The notes: generated by a model not told the origin, from the sequence alone. A DNA stretch of 64,000 nt from Acidobacteriota bacterium (GCA_018268995.1 JAFDVL010000009.1:987-64986); one strand, 5' to 3'. Shown: positions 1 through 10,227, counted from the stretch's first letter. Numbers and translations are program-made.

Positions 1-118
1 CTGGGGGATTGACTATGACGTGACACCGGACGGGCAACGATTCCTGATTGGAACGCTCGTGGGAGAACCCGCGCCCGTCAGCGTGATTCTGAACTGGATG
101 GCGGAAATGAAGAAATAA
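1..118 (+). CDS. C-terminal fragment (gene starts before the window) of a paralog of the Ser/Thr kinase-TolB-like beta-propeller protein at 4947-7878
   Basis: Frame 2 translates to ...DYDVTPDGQRFLIGTLVGEPAPVSVILNWMAEMKK*. This is nearly identical to the C-terminus of ORF 5692..7878 (...EYDVTPDGQRFLVGTLVGKPAPVSVILNWEAEAKK*). The DNA is also ~85% identical to 7762-7878. Confidence 0.6.
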   Translation, partial: WGIDYDVTPDGQRFLIGTLVGEPAPVSVILNWMAEMKK

Positions 119-254
119 TGCCTACGATTTTCAAGCCGATAATGAAGCCTACGCCGATTCGATCAGGCAATTCCTCGACAGTGGCAGGCGCAAAAGTTCA
201 AAGGCGGAACCGCTCACCCGTTGCTCTGCCCGGCAATCAAGACAACCTCTTGCC

Positions 255-3200
255 TCAGAACTCCAACCGCAAGCCGAGTTGAATCTGGCGTGGGCTGGCG
301 AACTGGGACGTGATGACGCCGAACGCGCCGCGATTGCGTAAATCCATGCCGGGGTCGTTGAATTCCACTCGATTCAGTGCATTGATCATGTCAAAGCTGA
401 AAACAGTCTTCAGCCGCTCGGTGATCTGCGTTTTCTTGCCAATAGACAGATCAAGGTTCCAGCGTGGGAAGCCACGCAGCACACCGCGCCCGTGCCGCGT
501 GTCCTGACTGAGCAGAATCGGGCGGAAGCTGTTGTAAGCGGCTTCCGGGTTAGCAAAGTAATTAAGTCCCGGCCCGCTTCCACCCGCATTTGTCCCGACA
601 CCATTGACGCCAGCAGAGGCATTGACTGCATTGCCGAAATCCAGCTTGCCCTTCGGAATCGCGCCCGACACGATTGCGAAATCGTTTGGGTCGCCGCCAA
701 ACGCTTGCGCGTGTTGTCCGACACTGAGCGGCAGTCCGCTGTTGGCGGTGTAGATGCCGCTGAGATACCAGCCGCCTACAATTCGGTTCAGCACGGTGTT
801 ACCGACGTTCCATCGCTTGCCTTTGCCGATAGGCAATTCGTAACTGAAGAGCGAGTTGAAAACATGCGTTCGGTCAAAGAGCGCCGGGCCGTAATCGAGG
901 TTGAGATCAAAACCGTTGGAGTTACTGCTACCGCCAGAGCCGAAGAGTTCCTGATTCACGCCCAGTTGATCCAGCGCCCGCGAAAGCGTGTAGTTCGCCG
1001 TGAAGCTCATCCCGCTGGAAAAGCGTTTGGTCACGGTGGCGAACAGGGCGTGATAATTCGACAATCCGCCGTTGGTGCGCACCGAAATATTGGTTACCTG
1101 CCGATTGATAATTGGCCCCGCCGGACGCCGGGTATTCAGGAAGTTGAAGAGCGTATTGACTGCTCCGATTTGGAAGTTGCCACCCTGCGCCGCCACGAGC
1201 GCCGCTGTGCATGCTCCTGTGCCACAGAACGTCGCGCCCCTGAATTGATTCTCGAACCAGGGTTGTGCGGCGGGCGACTGACCCGTGCGCAAAGCCGTAG
1301 CGACTGCGTCATACGCTTGTGCGAAGCTCTGGCCTGACGCGCTGTCTTTCATAAACAATGGCACGCTGTTGAGCTGGATCGTTTGTTGCAGATTGCGGCT
1401 CAATCGTCCGGCATAGCCGACCTCAACCAGAAAGTTGCCCGGCAATTCGCGCTGGATCGTGAAATCAATGCTGTGCGAATAGCCGTGCGTGAGGTCTGGG
1501 TCAATGGAGAATTGCAAGGTCTCTGCCGAAGTGTTTGAACCGGGAACAGCGCTCCCGCCGGGGATCACGGGCGATGTGCCTTGGCTCACAATGGGCAGCG
1601 GTACGGTTGTGCCGTCCACGCCAATTCGGAAGGCATTGGTGGGATTGCTGCCCAGCACACAGGTTCCATCGCGGCGCGGCCCTTCGCACGCGCTCGTCTG
1701 CACGAAGGCGACGCCAAAGATCGGCAGGGCAATGATTGCCGTGGCGTTGATGCGATCATACGTGACTGAATAACCGCCGCGTAGCACCGTCTTTTGCTCA
1801 CCCGTGAGTTTGCGTAGCCAGTCAGCGCGGAAGTTCGGTGTCCACGCCGCCGAAAGGCGCGGGCCGAAGTTATTCTTGTCTGTCGGGTAAATGCGATCAC
1901 GCCCTGATTCTCGAATCGGCAACCAACCCAGCGTCGGATTGTAAACGTTGCCTTGCAAAGCGGCTTGGCGGCGCTGTTCCAGATAATCCTTCGACGTAAT
2001 GATTTGCTTCGTCGCTGTGTCAATGATGAAGCTTTGCCTGCCGTTCTTGTCCACGGGCGCGGTTTGCAGCGCGTAGGTCAGCCCCGCCGTGAGAGTCAGA
2101 TTGTTCCGCAGCCGCCAGACATCGTTGCCGTAAAATTCCAGCGAGTGATACTGACTATCAATCTGAATCGGCGTATTCAAGGGCAGCAGGTTCAACTGAC
2201 TGTCGCGCATCGCCAGAATCCCAGCTCTGTCCACAATGCCGAGTGCGCCTGTGTACAAATCATTCCAACGCGCGACATCACCCGTTTGCAGGCAATTGGT
2301 TGTTACACCGCTGCCGCAGGTCGCCGGGCGATTGGCCGCCGGAACGCTGGTCGCAGTCCGTGCGTTCAATTCATAAACCAACGAAGTCAACGAACCTAAT
2401 GCGCTCTTGTCAGTGCGTTCCTGAACGACGGGCATGCGTCGCCACGTGCCGCCGAATTGCACGTTGTGGTTGCGTTTGACCCAGGTCAGATTATCGCCAT
2501 ATTGCCAGACGCGGTCATTCCAGATGCGGTCGCGCGCGTTGATTGTCTCAGCATCGAATCCTTGCGAGAGCGTGCCAGAAGCAACCAACAACGCGCCCGT
2601 CGTGCCTGCAATTTGGGGAATCGGTTTCTGCCGTTTGAGCGCATACCAATTGCGTGCGTATCCGAAGACGAACTCATTGATGAGCGTAGGCGTGAGTTGG
2701 CCTGTGAGCCGGGCGCTGGCATAGCGCGGCTCGACGGGAATGGCGCTCAACGTGGCAATTTTTCCTGATGTATTGCCGGGCAGGATGCCTGCGAAATCTA
2801 CCTGGCCTGGCTCATTGAAACGCTGTCGGGCATAGCGATAAGTTGCGTTGAAATTCCATTTTTCGTTGATGAAGTGATCCAGTCGCGCCACCGCGAAATC
2901 CATGCGCCGCGTGGCATCAGTCGGCCCCGCAAAGCCGGTGGTATTGAGGCCATCACCAAGTGTCGAATCGTTACCCGCTGGAAACTTGTTCCAGAAAGCT
3001 TGGATCACGGGGCTGACGCCGAGAGTGCGCGGATCAAAGGTTTTCAGGTCGAAGCTGTTGATCGTGCCTGCCGCATCGCGGAAGCGCAGGATGCCTTGTT
3101 TGAGAGACGCGGTCGGTACCAGCCGCGCGACGATGGCTGATTGCGGAAAACGCCGTCCTTCGTAATGACCGAAGAGAAATGTCTTGTCGCGCCAGAGCGG

Positions 3201-4106
3201 CCCACCCAAACTGACGCCAAAGCGGTTGTCTTTCAACTCTGGCTGTTTGATGCCGAGGCGATTTGCTTGCCATCGGTTGGCATTCAGATTGTCGTTCTGA
3301 TGATACCAATACGCTGAGCCGTGCAGTTGATTCGTGCCACGCTTAGTCACCATCGAAACCTGTCCGCCTGCCGAACGTCCGAAGGTGGCGTTGGGATTGG
3401 TCGTGCTGACGCGGAATTCCTCAATACTTTCTGCCGGGACAGGAATCATCGGCGACGGCCCTTGGTGGTCAATGGCACCCGGCCCGCCGATCAGGCCATT
3501 GGTGCCCGTTACCAGATCAGTCGCGTCCGCGCCGTCCAGATTAAACGTACTCTGCTCGCTGCGTGCGCCCGCCACCTGACCGCTCGTAACCAAGAGGTTG
3601 CCGCGTGTTGGTTGCACTAGCGGTTGCAAGGAGAGCAACGTCGCCGCACCGCGATTGATGCTGGGCAAACGCAGCAGTTGTTCGCCACCGATGACTGCGC
3701 CGACAGTCGCATCGCTGCGCTGCAAGCCGACGGCGACGCTGGTGGTGATTTGCACAATTTCACTAACACTACCGACTTCCAGCGTCAGGTTGACGGTGTA
3801 CGATTTGGCGATCTCAATCTTGAGCGCTGACACGACTGACTGGCGAAAGCCGCTGGATTTGGCGGTGAGTTTGTACTCCCCCGGCAAGACTTTGCTGAAG
3901 TCATAGCGCCCCGCCGCATCGGTCACGAGTTTCTGGGTTTGGTTGGTAGACTCGTCAAGCAACTCAATATCTGCCCCGGCGATAACCGCGCCGCTGGTGT
4001 CGGTGATAATCCCGGTGATCGTCGCGGTGGTTGACGTCTGGGCTTGTGCCGTCAGCACAACGCCGCACAGCATTCCGATGGCAAACAAAAGCGTGAACTT
4101 GCGCAT
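255..4106 (-). CDS. TonB-dependent receptor-like outer-membrane beta-barrel protein with N-terminal carboxypeptidase-regulatory-like domain (secreted, 1283 aa)
   Basis: Signal peptide MRKFTLLFAIGMLCGVVLTAQA. An N-terminal CarboxypepD_reg-like beta-sandwich (ITGIITDTSGAVIAGADIELLDESTNQTQ...YKLTAKSSGF) is followed by a plug-like region. The long beta-barrel body ends in a terminal aromatic residue (…LGLRLEF), the classic OMP C-terminus. This family is expanded in Acidobacteria. Confidence 0.8.
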   Translation of the reverse strand: MRKFTLLFAIGMLCGVVLTAQAQTSTTATITGIITDTSGAVIAGADIELLDESTNQTQKLVTDAAGRYDFSKVLPGEYKLTAKSSGFRQSVVSALKIEIAKSYTVNLTLEVGSVSEIVQITTSVAVGLQRSDATVGAVIGGEQLLRLPSINRGAATLLSLQPLVQPTRGNLLVTSGQVAGARSEQSTFNLDGADATDLVTGTNGLIGGPGAIDHQGPSPMIPVPAESIEEFRVSTTNPNATFGRSAGGQVSMVTKRGTNQLHGSAYWYHQNDNLNANRWQANRLGIKQPELKDNRFGVSLGGPLWRDKTFLFGHYEGRRFPQSAIVARLVPTASLKQGILRFRDAAGTINSFDLKTFDPRTLGVSPVIQAFWNKFPAGNDSTLGDGLNTTGFAGPTDATRRMDFAVARLDHFINEKWNFNATYRYARQRFNEPGQVDFAGILPGNTSGKIATLSAIPVEPRYASARLTGQLTPTLINEFVFGYARNWYALKRQKPIPQIAGTTGALLVASGTLSQGFDAETINARDRIWNDRVWQYGDNLTWVKRNHNVQFGGTWRRMPVVQERTDKSALGSLTSLVYELNARTATSVPAANRPATCGSGVTTNCLQTGDVARWNDLYTGALGIVDRAGILAMRDSQLNLLPLNTPIQIDSQYHSLEFYGNDVWRLRNNLTLTAGLTYALQTAPVDKNGRQSFIIDTATKQIITSKDYLEQRRQAALQGNVYNPTLGWLPIRESGRDRIYPTDKNNFGPRLSAAWTPNFRADWLRKLTGEQKTVLRGGYSVTYDRINATAIIALPIFGVAFVQTSACEGPRRDGTCVLGSNPTNAFRIGVDGTTVPLPIVSQGTSPVIPGGSAVPGSNTSAETLQFSIDPDLTHGYSHSIDFTIQRELPGNFLVEVGYAGRLSRNLQQTIQLNSVPLFMKDSASGQSFAQAYDAVATALRTGQSPAAQPWFENQFRGATFCGTGACTAALVAAQGGNFQIGAVNTLFNFLNTRRPAGPIINRQVTNISVRTNGGLSNYHALFATVTKRFSSGMSFTANYTLSRALDQLGVNQELFGSGGSSNSNGFDLNLDYGPALFDRTHVFNSLFSYELPIGKGKRWNVGNTVLNRIVGGWYLSGIYTANSGLPLSVGQHAQAFGGDPNDFAIVSGAIPKGKLDFGNAVNASAGVNGVGTNAGGSGPGLNYFANPEAAYNSFRPILLSQDTRHGRGVLRGFPRWNLDLSIGKKTQITERLKTVFSFDMINALNRVEFNDPGMDLRNRGAFGVITSQFASPRQIQLGLRLEF

Positions 4107-4376
4107 GGTTATCGTTCTCCTTACTTGGTTCGTTACTCCGCCGCATCGCGGCGGCTAAATTCAAACTGCCGCTAACGCGGCAAAGAGGCTGAATCGTTAC
4201 TTGATTATTTTCATTCCCATTGATAGACGCGGAATTTGCGGCAAAAACCTCTAACGACCGCGCAAGTTTTTTTTACTGAGTCTTCGGGTTGAGTGGAAGA
4301 GAGAGTATAATTTGCGCCGTCTACGAACAAGCCTGGTAAGACATTACTCTCAAGACACAATCGGCAACAGGAGATT

Positions 4377-4943
4377 ATGGACTCGACTGCAACCTCGGAA
4401 ATGACGCATTTGTTGCTGGCCTGGGGCGATGGCGATCACGCGGCGTTGGATCGGTTGATGCCGCTGGTCTATGCGGAGCTGCGGCGGCTGGCACATCGCT
4501 ATCTGGCGGGCGAACGTGCGGGGCATACGCTGCAAACCACTGACCTCGTCAATGAAGCTTACTTGCGATTGGTGGATCAGAAGCAGATGCAATGGCAGAA
4601 CCGTGCGCAATTCTTTGCGGTGTCGGCGCAATTGATGCGGCGCATTTTGGTGGACTATGCGCGCACGCGCCACGCGGCGCGGCGCGGAGGCACAGCGTTG
4701 CAGGTGACGCTGGAAGAAGCGGCAGAAGTGTCGGTGGATCGCTCCGCCGAGATGGTCGCGCTGGATGATGCACTGACCGAAATGGCGCGGTTTGACGAGC
4801 GCAAGAGCCGCTTGGTAGAGCTACGATTTTTTGGTGGCTTGAGCATTGAGGAAACAGCAGAGGTTTTGCAGGTTTCACCCGGCACCGTGATGCGCGAATG
4901 GACGTTGGCCAAAGCCTGGTTACAACGAGCAATAGGGAAGTGA
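4377..4943 (+). CDS. ECF-type RNA polymerase sigma-70 factor
   Basis: Sigma-70 region 2 (…DLVNEAYLRL…) and region 4 HTH (…FFGGLSIEETAEVLQVSPGTVMREW…). An AGGAG RBS lies 7 nt upstream of the ATG and a TATAAT-like -10 sits near 4305. The stop TGA at 4941-4943 lies 3 nt before the ATG of the downstream kinase, indicating translational coupling. Confidence 0.85.
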   Translation: MDSTATSEMTHLLLAWGDGDHAALDRLMPLVYAELRRLAHRYLAGERAGHTLQTTDLVNEAYLRLVDQKQMQWQNRAQFFAVSAQLMRRILVDYARTRHAARRGGTALQVTLEEAAEVSVDRSAEMVALDDALTEMARFDERKSRLVELRFFGGLSIEETAEVLQVSPGTVMREWTLAKAWLQRAIGK

Positions 4944-4946
4944 CGA

Positions 4947-7878
4947 ATGCACGAGAACGACGAAGCCCTGACGCTTGCAATGGCACCTGCCATGACGCCA
5001 GAACGCTGGCAACACATCGAAACGCTGTTCTATGCCGCGCTCGAACGCGAGCCGCCGCAGCGCGCGGCATTTCTAGCCGAAGCCTGTGCCGACGAGAAAG
5101 CCTTGCGCGAGGAAGTGGAAGCGTTGCTGGCGAAAGCGGAGGTGGAAAGTTCTTTTGACAATCTCGCGGTACAGGTAGCGACAGAAGTACTCGCCACTGA
5201 CAAAGCCGCAACGATTGTGGGGCGAATGATGGGCCATTATCGCTTGCTCGCGCATTTGGGGGCAGGCGGGATGGGCGAAGTCTGGCGTGCCACCGACACC
5301 CACCTGCACCGCGAAGTCGCGCTGAAAGTTTTACCTGCTTCCTATACCAGCGATCCTACGCGGTTGCGTCGCTTTGAGCAGGAAGCCCGCGCCGTTGGGG
5401 CGCTCAATCATCCCAATATTTTGACGGCGTATGACTTTGGCACGCACGAGGGCCATCCCTTCATCGTGATGGAATTGCTGGAAGGCGAAGATTTGCGCGC
5501 TGTCTTGCAGCGCGGCCCGATGTCGCTGCGGCTGGCAGTTGACTATGCCGAGCAGGTGGCGGAGGGCCTAGCGGCGGCGCACGAGAAGGGCATTGTTCAT
5601 CGTGATCTGAAGCCAGAGAATTTATTTGTTACGAACGACGGGCGCGTCAAGATTTTGGATTTTGGTTTAGCCAAGCTGCGACCGCTCCCCTATGTCAAAG
5701 CAGCTCACCAATCCGGGCACAGTGATGGGAACGGTGGCGTATATGTCGCCCGAACAAGTGCTGGGAAAAGACGTGGAGCAACGCTCCGATATTTTCAGCT
5801 TCGGCATCATTCTGTTTGAAATGTTGAGCGGCAAACGCGCGTTCACGGGCGATTCGCACGTCGAAGTGATGAACGCGATTCTGAAAGCAGACCCGCCCGA
5901 ATTGAGCGAAATCAACGCCAGGATTTCGCCCGCGTTAGAAAAAATCGTGCGCCGTTGTTTGGAGAAAAAACCAGAACGCCGCTTTCATTCGGCGCACGAT
6001 CTGGGCTTTGCACTCGAAGCGTTGTCCACGCCCAGCACATCGGGTGCGAATCGCACCGCAGTCGTATCTACGCTCAACACAACATCCATCAAGCGGAGCG
6101 GCTGGCGGGATCGTGGCTGGATGCTGGCCGCAGGGGTGTTGGGCTTGGCGGTTCTCGTGATGAGTTTTGCGTACTTCTTCAAGCGTTCGGCAACTGCACC
6201 GCAGTCCGCGCGGCTGGCGTTTGTGCCGCCAGAGAACCTGACGTTTGACAATGCATCGTGGGACTCTTGTATCGTCTCACCCGATGGACAGAAACTGCTG
6301 TTTACAGGCCGCTCTGCCGATGGCAAACGACAACTCTGGGTGCGCTCGCTCAATGCCTCCGACGCGCAGTTGCTCCCCGGCACAGAAGACCCGATGAGTC
6401 CTTTCTGGTCGCCGGACAGCCGCTCGATTGGATTTGCTTCCAAAGGGAAGCTGCGACGACTTGATCTTAATGGCGGGCGTCCACAGGAACTTGCTGATGC
6501 AGTCAGATTTCATGGCGCAGCCTGGAGTCATACAGGCGTCATCCTCTTTCAACTATCTTCCGGCAGTGATTTGTTCCAAATCCCCGACACAGGTGGTCAG
6601 CCACAGAAAGTGCCGTTGGATTTTAAGGGGTACGTCCCCACGCACCTGAACCCATCTTTCCTGCCCGATGGTCGTCACTTCCTCTATCGCCTGATTGACA
6701 ATGTAAGTGAGCCAAAAGTTTTCGTTGGTTCCCTTGATTCCACAGAGGTGAAACAGGTGCTGTCCGATGGTGGGCCTGCTTTGTACGCGCCGCCCGGCTG
6801 GATCGTCTTTGTGCGCAATGGGGCATTAATGGCGCAGGCGTTTGATGCTGAGAGGCTGGAAATTAAAGGCGAGGCCGTTCCCATCAGCCAATCGAATAAC
6901 AATGCTCTGATCATTGGCGTCCCTTTTTCCGTCTCGACGAATGGCGTGCTGATCTGGCAGGGAGATCGGCGACCGCCTTATCAGCTTGTCTGGTTTGATC
7001 GTGAGGGCAACCAGCGTGGTGTCGTCGGCCCGCCCAGCAATTCGACGAACGGACATCACCCGCGTCTCTCGCCAGATGGAAAAAAAGTTGCTCTCTTTCG
7101 CACCGACCCGCAAGTTCGCAATGACGACATTTGGGTGATTGATCTGGCGCGGAATCTCCCGCTCCGAGTGACGACGAGTCCCTGGTACGATCAACTTCCA
7201 ATCTGGTCACCGGATGGGAGCCAGATCGCCCATTTTAGAGGTGCGCCAGATGCCAGCACGAGTGGTCTTTTCAAAACAGCAACCAGCGGTACGGGAACAG
7301 AAGAGCGTTTAATGAACATCCCGGCTCGTACCACGGATTGGTCGCCGGATGGACGGTTCATTGTTTACACTTTTCCCAAACAAGGGAATCGCTGGGATGT
7401 GTGGTGCCTACCACTTTTTGGCGACCGTCAGGCGTATACGCTACTGGCTACTGAGTTCTCAGAATCCCAGGGACAGTTTTCGCCTGATGGGCGCTGGCTG
7501 GCTTATGTCTCGGATGAATCGGGTAGCTATGAAATCTACGTGCAACCGTTCACGGCAGAAGGGAAACTGGGCGGCGTTAAAGTGCGAGTCTCTCCACAAG
7601 GCGGCAATCATCCTCGTTGGCGACGTGATGGGCGGGAACTATTTTATGTTGCTACAGATGGGCAGATGATGACGGTTGCAGTGAAAACAGGCGGCACTAC
7701 TTTCGAGGCAGATGCTCCTGTTGCCTTATTCAAAACACATCTGATGCCACAACTTTTTAACCCTACGACTGAATATGATGTGACACCGGACGGGCAGCGA
7801 TTTCTGGTTGGGACGCTGGTCGGAAAACCAGCGCCCGTCAGCGTGATTTTGAATTGGGAGGCAGAGGCGAAGAAGTAG
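4947..7878 (+). pseudogene. Ser/Thr protein kinase (ECF-sigma-associated N-terminal domain + Hanks kinase) - TM helix - TolB-like beta-propeller, interrupted by an apparent 1-nt frameshift near 5689-5692. Pseudogene, sequencing error, or programmed shift.
   Basis: ORF 4947..5819 carries kinase motifs ([34 protein letters not shown]) and then runs out of frame. ORF 5692..7878 in the +1 frame resumes exactly with the expected activation-loop/P+1 sequence ([18 protein letters not shown]…[11 protein letters not shown]). It continues through a TM segment (WMLAAGVLGLAVLVMSFAYFF) and TolB-like beta-propeller repeats (SPDG…, WSPDG…). The shift maps to the CCCC-T-ATG homopolymer at about 5686-5692. 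Confidence 0.6.
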
Positions 7879-8023
7879 CATTTACTGTTGGCCCGTTAAT
7901 GATGAATCCTGTGCTGATTTCAGCGGGCAATATTTTACGGTTTACCCGTCACTATGCGTATACTGCTCGGTGACTACTTCATCTTGGTCTACTGATCAGT
8001 TTATCAATCAAGGAGAAATCTTC

Positions 8024-8533
8024 ATGTCTATTGCACAATCTTTACTACCAGAATTCGATCAGGAGATGGCCGGGACTCGGAAAACATTGGAGCGTGTTCC
8101 CGAAGACAACCTGGATTGGCGTCCGCATGAAAAGTCTATGACGCTGGCAGGCTTGGCTACGCACATTGCCAATATGGTGAATTGGGCGACGATCACACTG
8201 ACGCAAGATAGCTTTGATGTCCAGCCGGAGGGCAGCGAACCATACCGTGAAGCGCCAATCAAATCTCGTGCTGAGTTGTTGGAGAAGTTCGATAACGGCT
8301 TGGCCGCTGCGCGCGCCGCCTTGGCTGCAACCAGCGATGAAGCAATGATGAAAGACTGGTCTTTGTTGGGTGGCGGCAAAGTGTTGTTCACCATGCCGCG
8401 CGTTGCCTGTTTACGCGGAATGATCTTCAATCACATCATTCATCACCGTGCGCAACTTTGTGTTTACCTGCGAATGAACGATGTGCCCGTGCCTGCGCTG
8501 TATGGGCCATCGGCAGACGAAGGTGGAATGTAA
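8024..8533 (+). CDS. DinB-family (DinB_2/metal-dependent hydrolase-like four-helix bundle) protein
   Basis: Sequence and size are consistent with the DinB/YfiT-like family (…RPHEKSMTLAGLATHIANMVNW…IIHHRAQLCVYLRMNDVPVPALYGP). An AAGGAG RBS lies 8 nt before the ATG at 8024, so the annotated ORF start at 7970 is probably too long. Confidence 0.6.
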   Translation: MSIAQSLLPEFDQEMAGTRKTLERVPEDNLDWRPHEKSMTLAGLATHIANMVNWATITLTQDSFDVQPEGSEPYREAPIKSRAELLEKFDNGLAAARAALAATSDEAMMKDWSLLGGGKVLFTMPRVACLRGMIFNHIIHHRAQLCVYLRMNDVPVPALYGPSADEGGM

Positions 8534-8558
8534 GAGCAACAAAAATCAAAATTAGCCT

Positions 8559-8606
8559 GGGCGGAATCTTGGATAAAGGACGACAAGATTCCGCCCTTTT
8601 GCTTTT
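8559..8606 (+). terminator. Rho-independent terminator downstream of the DinB-family gene
   Basis: A 12-bp perfect stem (GGCGGAATCTTG … CAAGATTCCGCC) is followed by TTTTGCTTTTCC. Confidence 0.7.
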
Positions 8607-8748
8607 CCACTCCGCACGCTGCTTATTTTTTATTCATCAAAAAAGTTGTGTCGCCCTAAATCCATTCCTCTTTCCCTGCGCGTAGGTGTGAATGAAACAG
8701 GGAATAAGCCCTGAAAAAGATTAAGCAAGAAAGATCAAGGAGAACATT

Positions 8749-9300
8749 ATGAAAGCAAGAATCGCACTGTTTTTATTAGCTATCGGGACTGTCTTTACCA
8801 GCATTGCATTTGCGCAAAAGCCTGTCACTGTTGGTGGCGCACCGATGTATGCCAATAAAAACATCATTGAGAATGCGGTGAATTCTGCCGATCACACCAC
8901 GCTTGTCGCCGCGGTCAAAGCCGCCGGTTTGGTCGAAACGTTGCAAGGCACAGGGCCGTTCACTGTGTTTGCACCAGTAAACTCTGCGTTCGATATGTTG
9001 CCGAAAGGTACTGTGCCAACGCTGCTCAAGCCGGAAAACAAAGGCACGTTGACTGCCGTGTTGACCTATCACGTGGTTGCGGGACGCCTGAATTCAAAGG
9101 CGTTGGAGCGCATGATTAAGCAAGGTGGCGGAAAAACAATGCTGAAAACAGTGCAAGGTGCAGAGTTAACCCTGACGATGAGCGGCGACAACATCAAGGT
9201 GATGGATGCCAAGGGTGGTGCGGCGACGATTACTATCACGAACGTGAATCAATCGAACGGCGTGATTCACGTGATTGATCGCGTGTTGTTGCCGAACTAG
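8749..9300 (+). CDS. Secreted fasciclin (FAS1) domain protein
   Basis: Signal peptide MKARIALFLLAIGTVFTSIAFA and the canonical FAS1 motifs (TVFAPVNSAFDMLPKGT, LTYHVVAGRL). Confidence 0.85.
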   Translation: MKARIALFLLAIGTVFTSIAFAQKPVTVGGAPMYANKNIIENAVNSADHTTLVAAVKAAGLVETLQGTGPFTVFAPVNSAFDMLPKGTVPTLLKPENKGTLTAVLTYHVVAGRLNSKALERMIKQGGGKTMLKTVQGAELTLTMSGDNIKVMDAKGGAATITITNVNQSNGVIHVIDRVLLPN

Positions 9301-9383
9301 ATAGGTGTTGGTCTGCAAACAGAAGAAAGGCGTCTGTGAGCGAAAGCTTGCGACGCCTTTTGTTCTCTCAGGGGAAGAAAATC

Positions 9384-10115
9384 ATGAAGACAGATAATCT
9401 CCATCTGGATCAACGTGGTCTACGGCGAATACAACGCCGCGAATGGTTGAAGATGCTGCCACTCGCTGCGCTGGGCGCAATCGCAGTTCCGAGCGTCAAC
9501 GAAAAGCTCATCAAGCGCGGACTGGCCTTGAGTGATCGCGCTTCGGAAACGTTCTTTCGCCGACAACAGCTCGCGCCCACATTTAGCGACCGTGAGGTGA
9601 CGGCCTTTGATAAATTTCCCATCAATAGCTATTCGACCTATGACGCAGAAGCTGATCTCGCCAATTGGAAGTTGATTGTCGAAGGGATGGTTGCGCGCCC
9701 CGGTGAATACACGCTGGAGCAAATCAAAGCATTGCCGAAGCAGGTGCAAAATGTGAAGCATATTTGCATCGAAGGCTGGAATGTCATTGGCAACTTCGGA
9801 GGTGCGCGATTGGCCGATTTTCTGCAATTGGTCGGCGCTGATCCGCAGGCGCGATTTGTCGAATTCACATGCCTTGATGATTACTTCACTTCGTATGACA
9901 TCGCAAGCTGTCAGCATCCGCAAACATTGCTTTGCTACGAAATGTATGGGCAGCCACTGACCAAAGAACACGGCGCGCCGCTCAGAATTCATACGCCGAT
10001 CAAGCTTGGCTACAAATCCGCCAAGCATCTTTTCACGTTGCGAGTGTCGAATGTCTTAAGCCGTGAAACAGGCTTTTGGGAAGATCAGGGCTATTCGTGG
10101 TACGGCGGGATTTGA
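9384..10115 (+). CDS. Periplasmic molybdopterin-dependent oxidoreductase of the sulfite-oxidase fold (MsrP/YedY-like), Tat-exported
   Basis: Tat motif RRIQRREWLK + hydrophobic stretch. Oxidoreductase_molyb-like core (…KHICIEGWNVIGNFGGARLADF…CYEMYGQPLTKEHGAPLRIHTP…). The start is probably the ATG at 9384 (MKTDNL…), because the ORF-track start at 9336 overlaps a terminator hairpin at about 9327-9362. Confidence 0.7.
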   Translation: MKTDNLHLDQRGLRRIQRREWLKMLPLAALGAIAVPSVNEKLIKRGLALSDRASETFFRRQQLAPTFSDREVTAFDKFPINSYSTYDAEADLANWKLIVEGMVARPGEYTLEQIKALPKQVQNVKHICIEGWNVIGNFGGARLADFLQLVGADPQARFVEFTCLDDYFTSYDIASCQHPQTLLCYEMYGQPLTKEHGAPLRIHTPIKLGYKSAKHLFTLRVSNVLSRETGFWEDQGYSWYGGI

Positions 10116-10153
10116 GAAAGAAATCAGGTGGTGGGTCAACCACGGGAGATAAA

Positions 10154-10227
10154 GGCGGAAGCCCGCCTGTGAAGGAGGGCGCGGAAGCAGTGCGTAATAC
10201 GCCCTCCTTCACAGTCGGGCTTCTGCC
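10154..10227. repeat. Copy 1 (2 stem mismatches) of a hairpin-forming intergenic repeat: GGC(A/G)GAAGCCCG(A/C)CTGTGAAGGAGGGCG - loop - CGCCCTCCTTCACAGTCGGGCTTCTGCC
   Basis: The same ~28-31 bp inverted-repeat arms are seen again at 14500-14573 with a perfect 31-bp stem. The loops differ (19 nt versus 12 nt). This copy lies between the MsrP-like and cytochrome b genes. Confidence 0.75.

Noticed and set aside
492-1337. 281-aa ORF on the + strand inside the TonB-dependent receptor gene, plus many other 60-220 aa ORFs antisense to long genes (e.g. 1586..2023, 4549..5211, 5985..6443, 19406..19798, 21545..22045)
   Set aside because: These are antisense or overlapping frames of high-GC coding sequence with no recognisable motifs. 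The opposite-strand genes have clear domain signatures and codon periodicity. They are treated as spurious.
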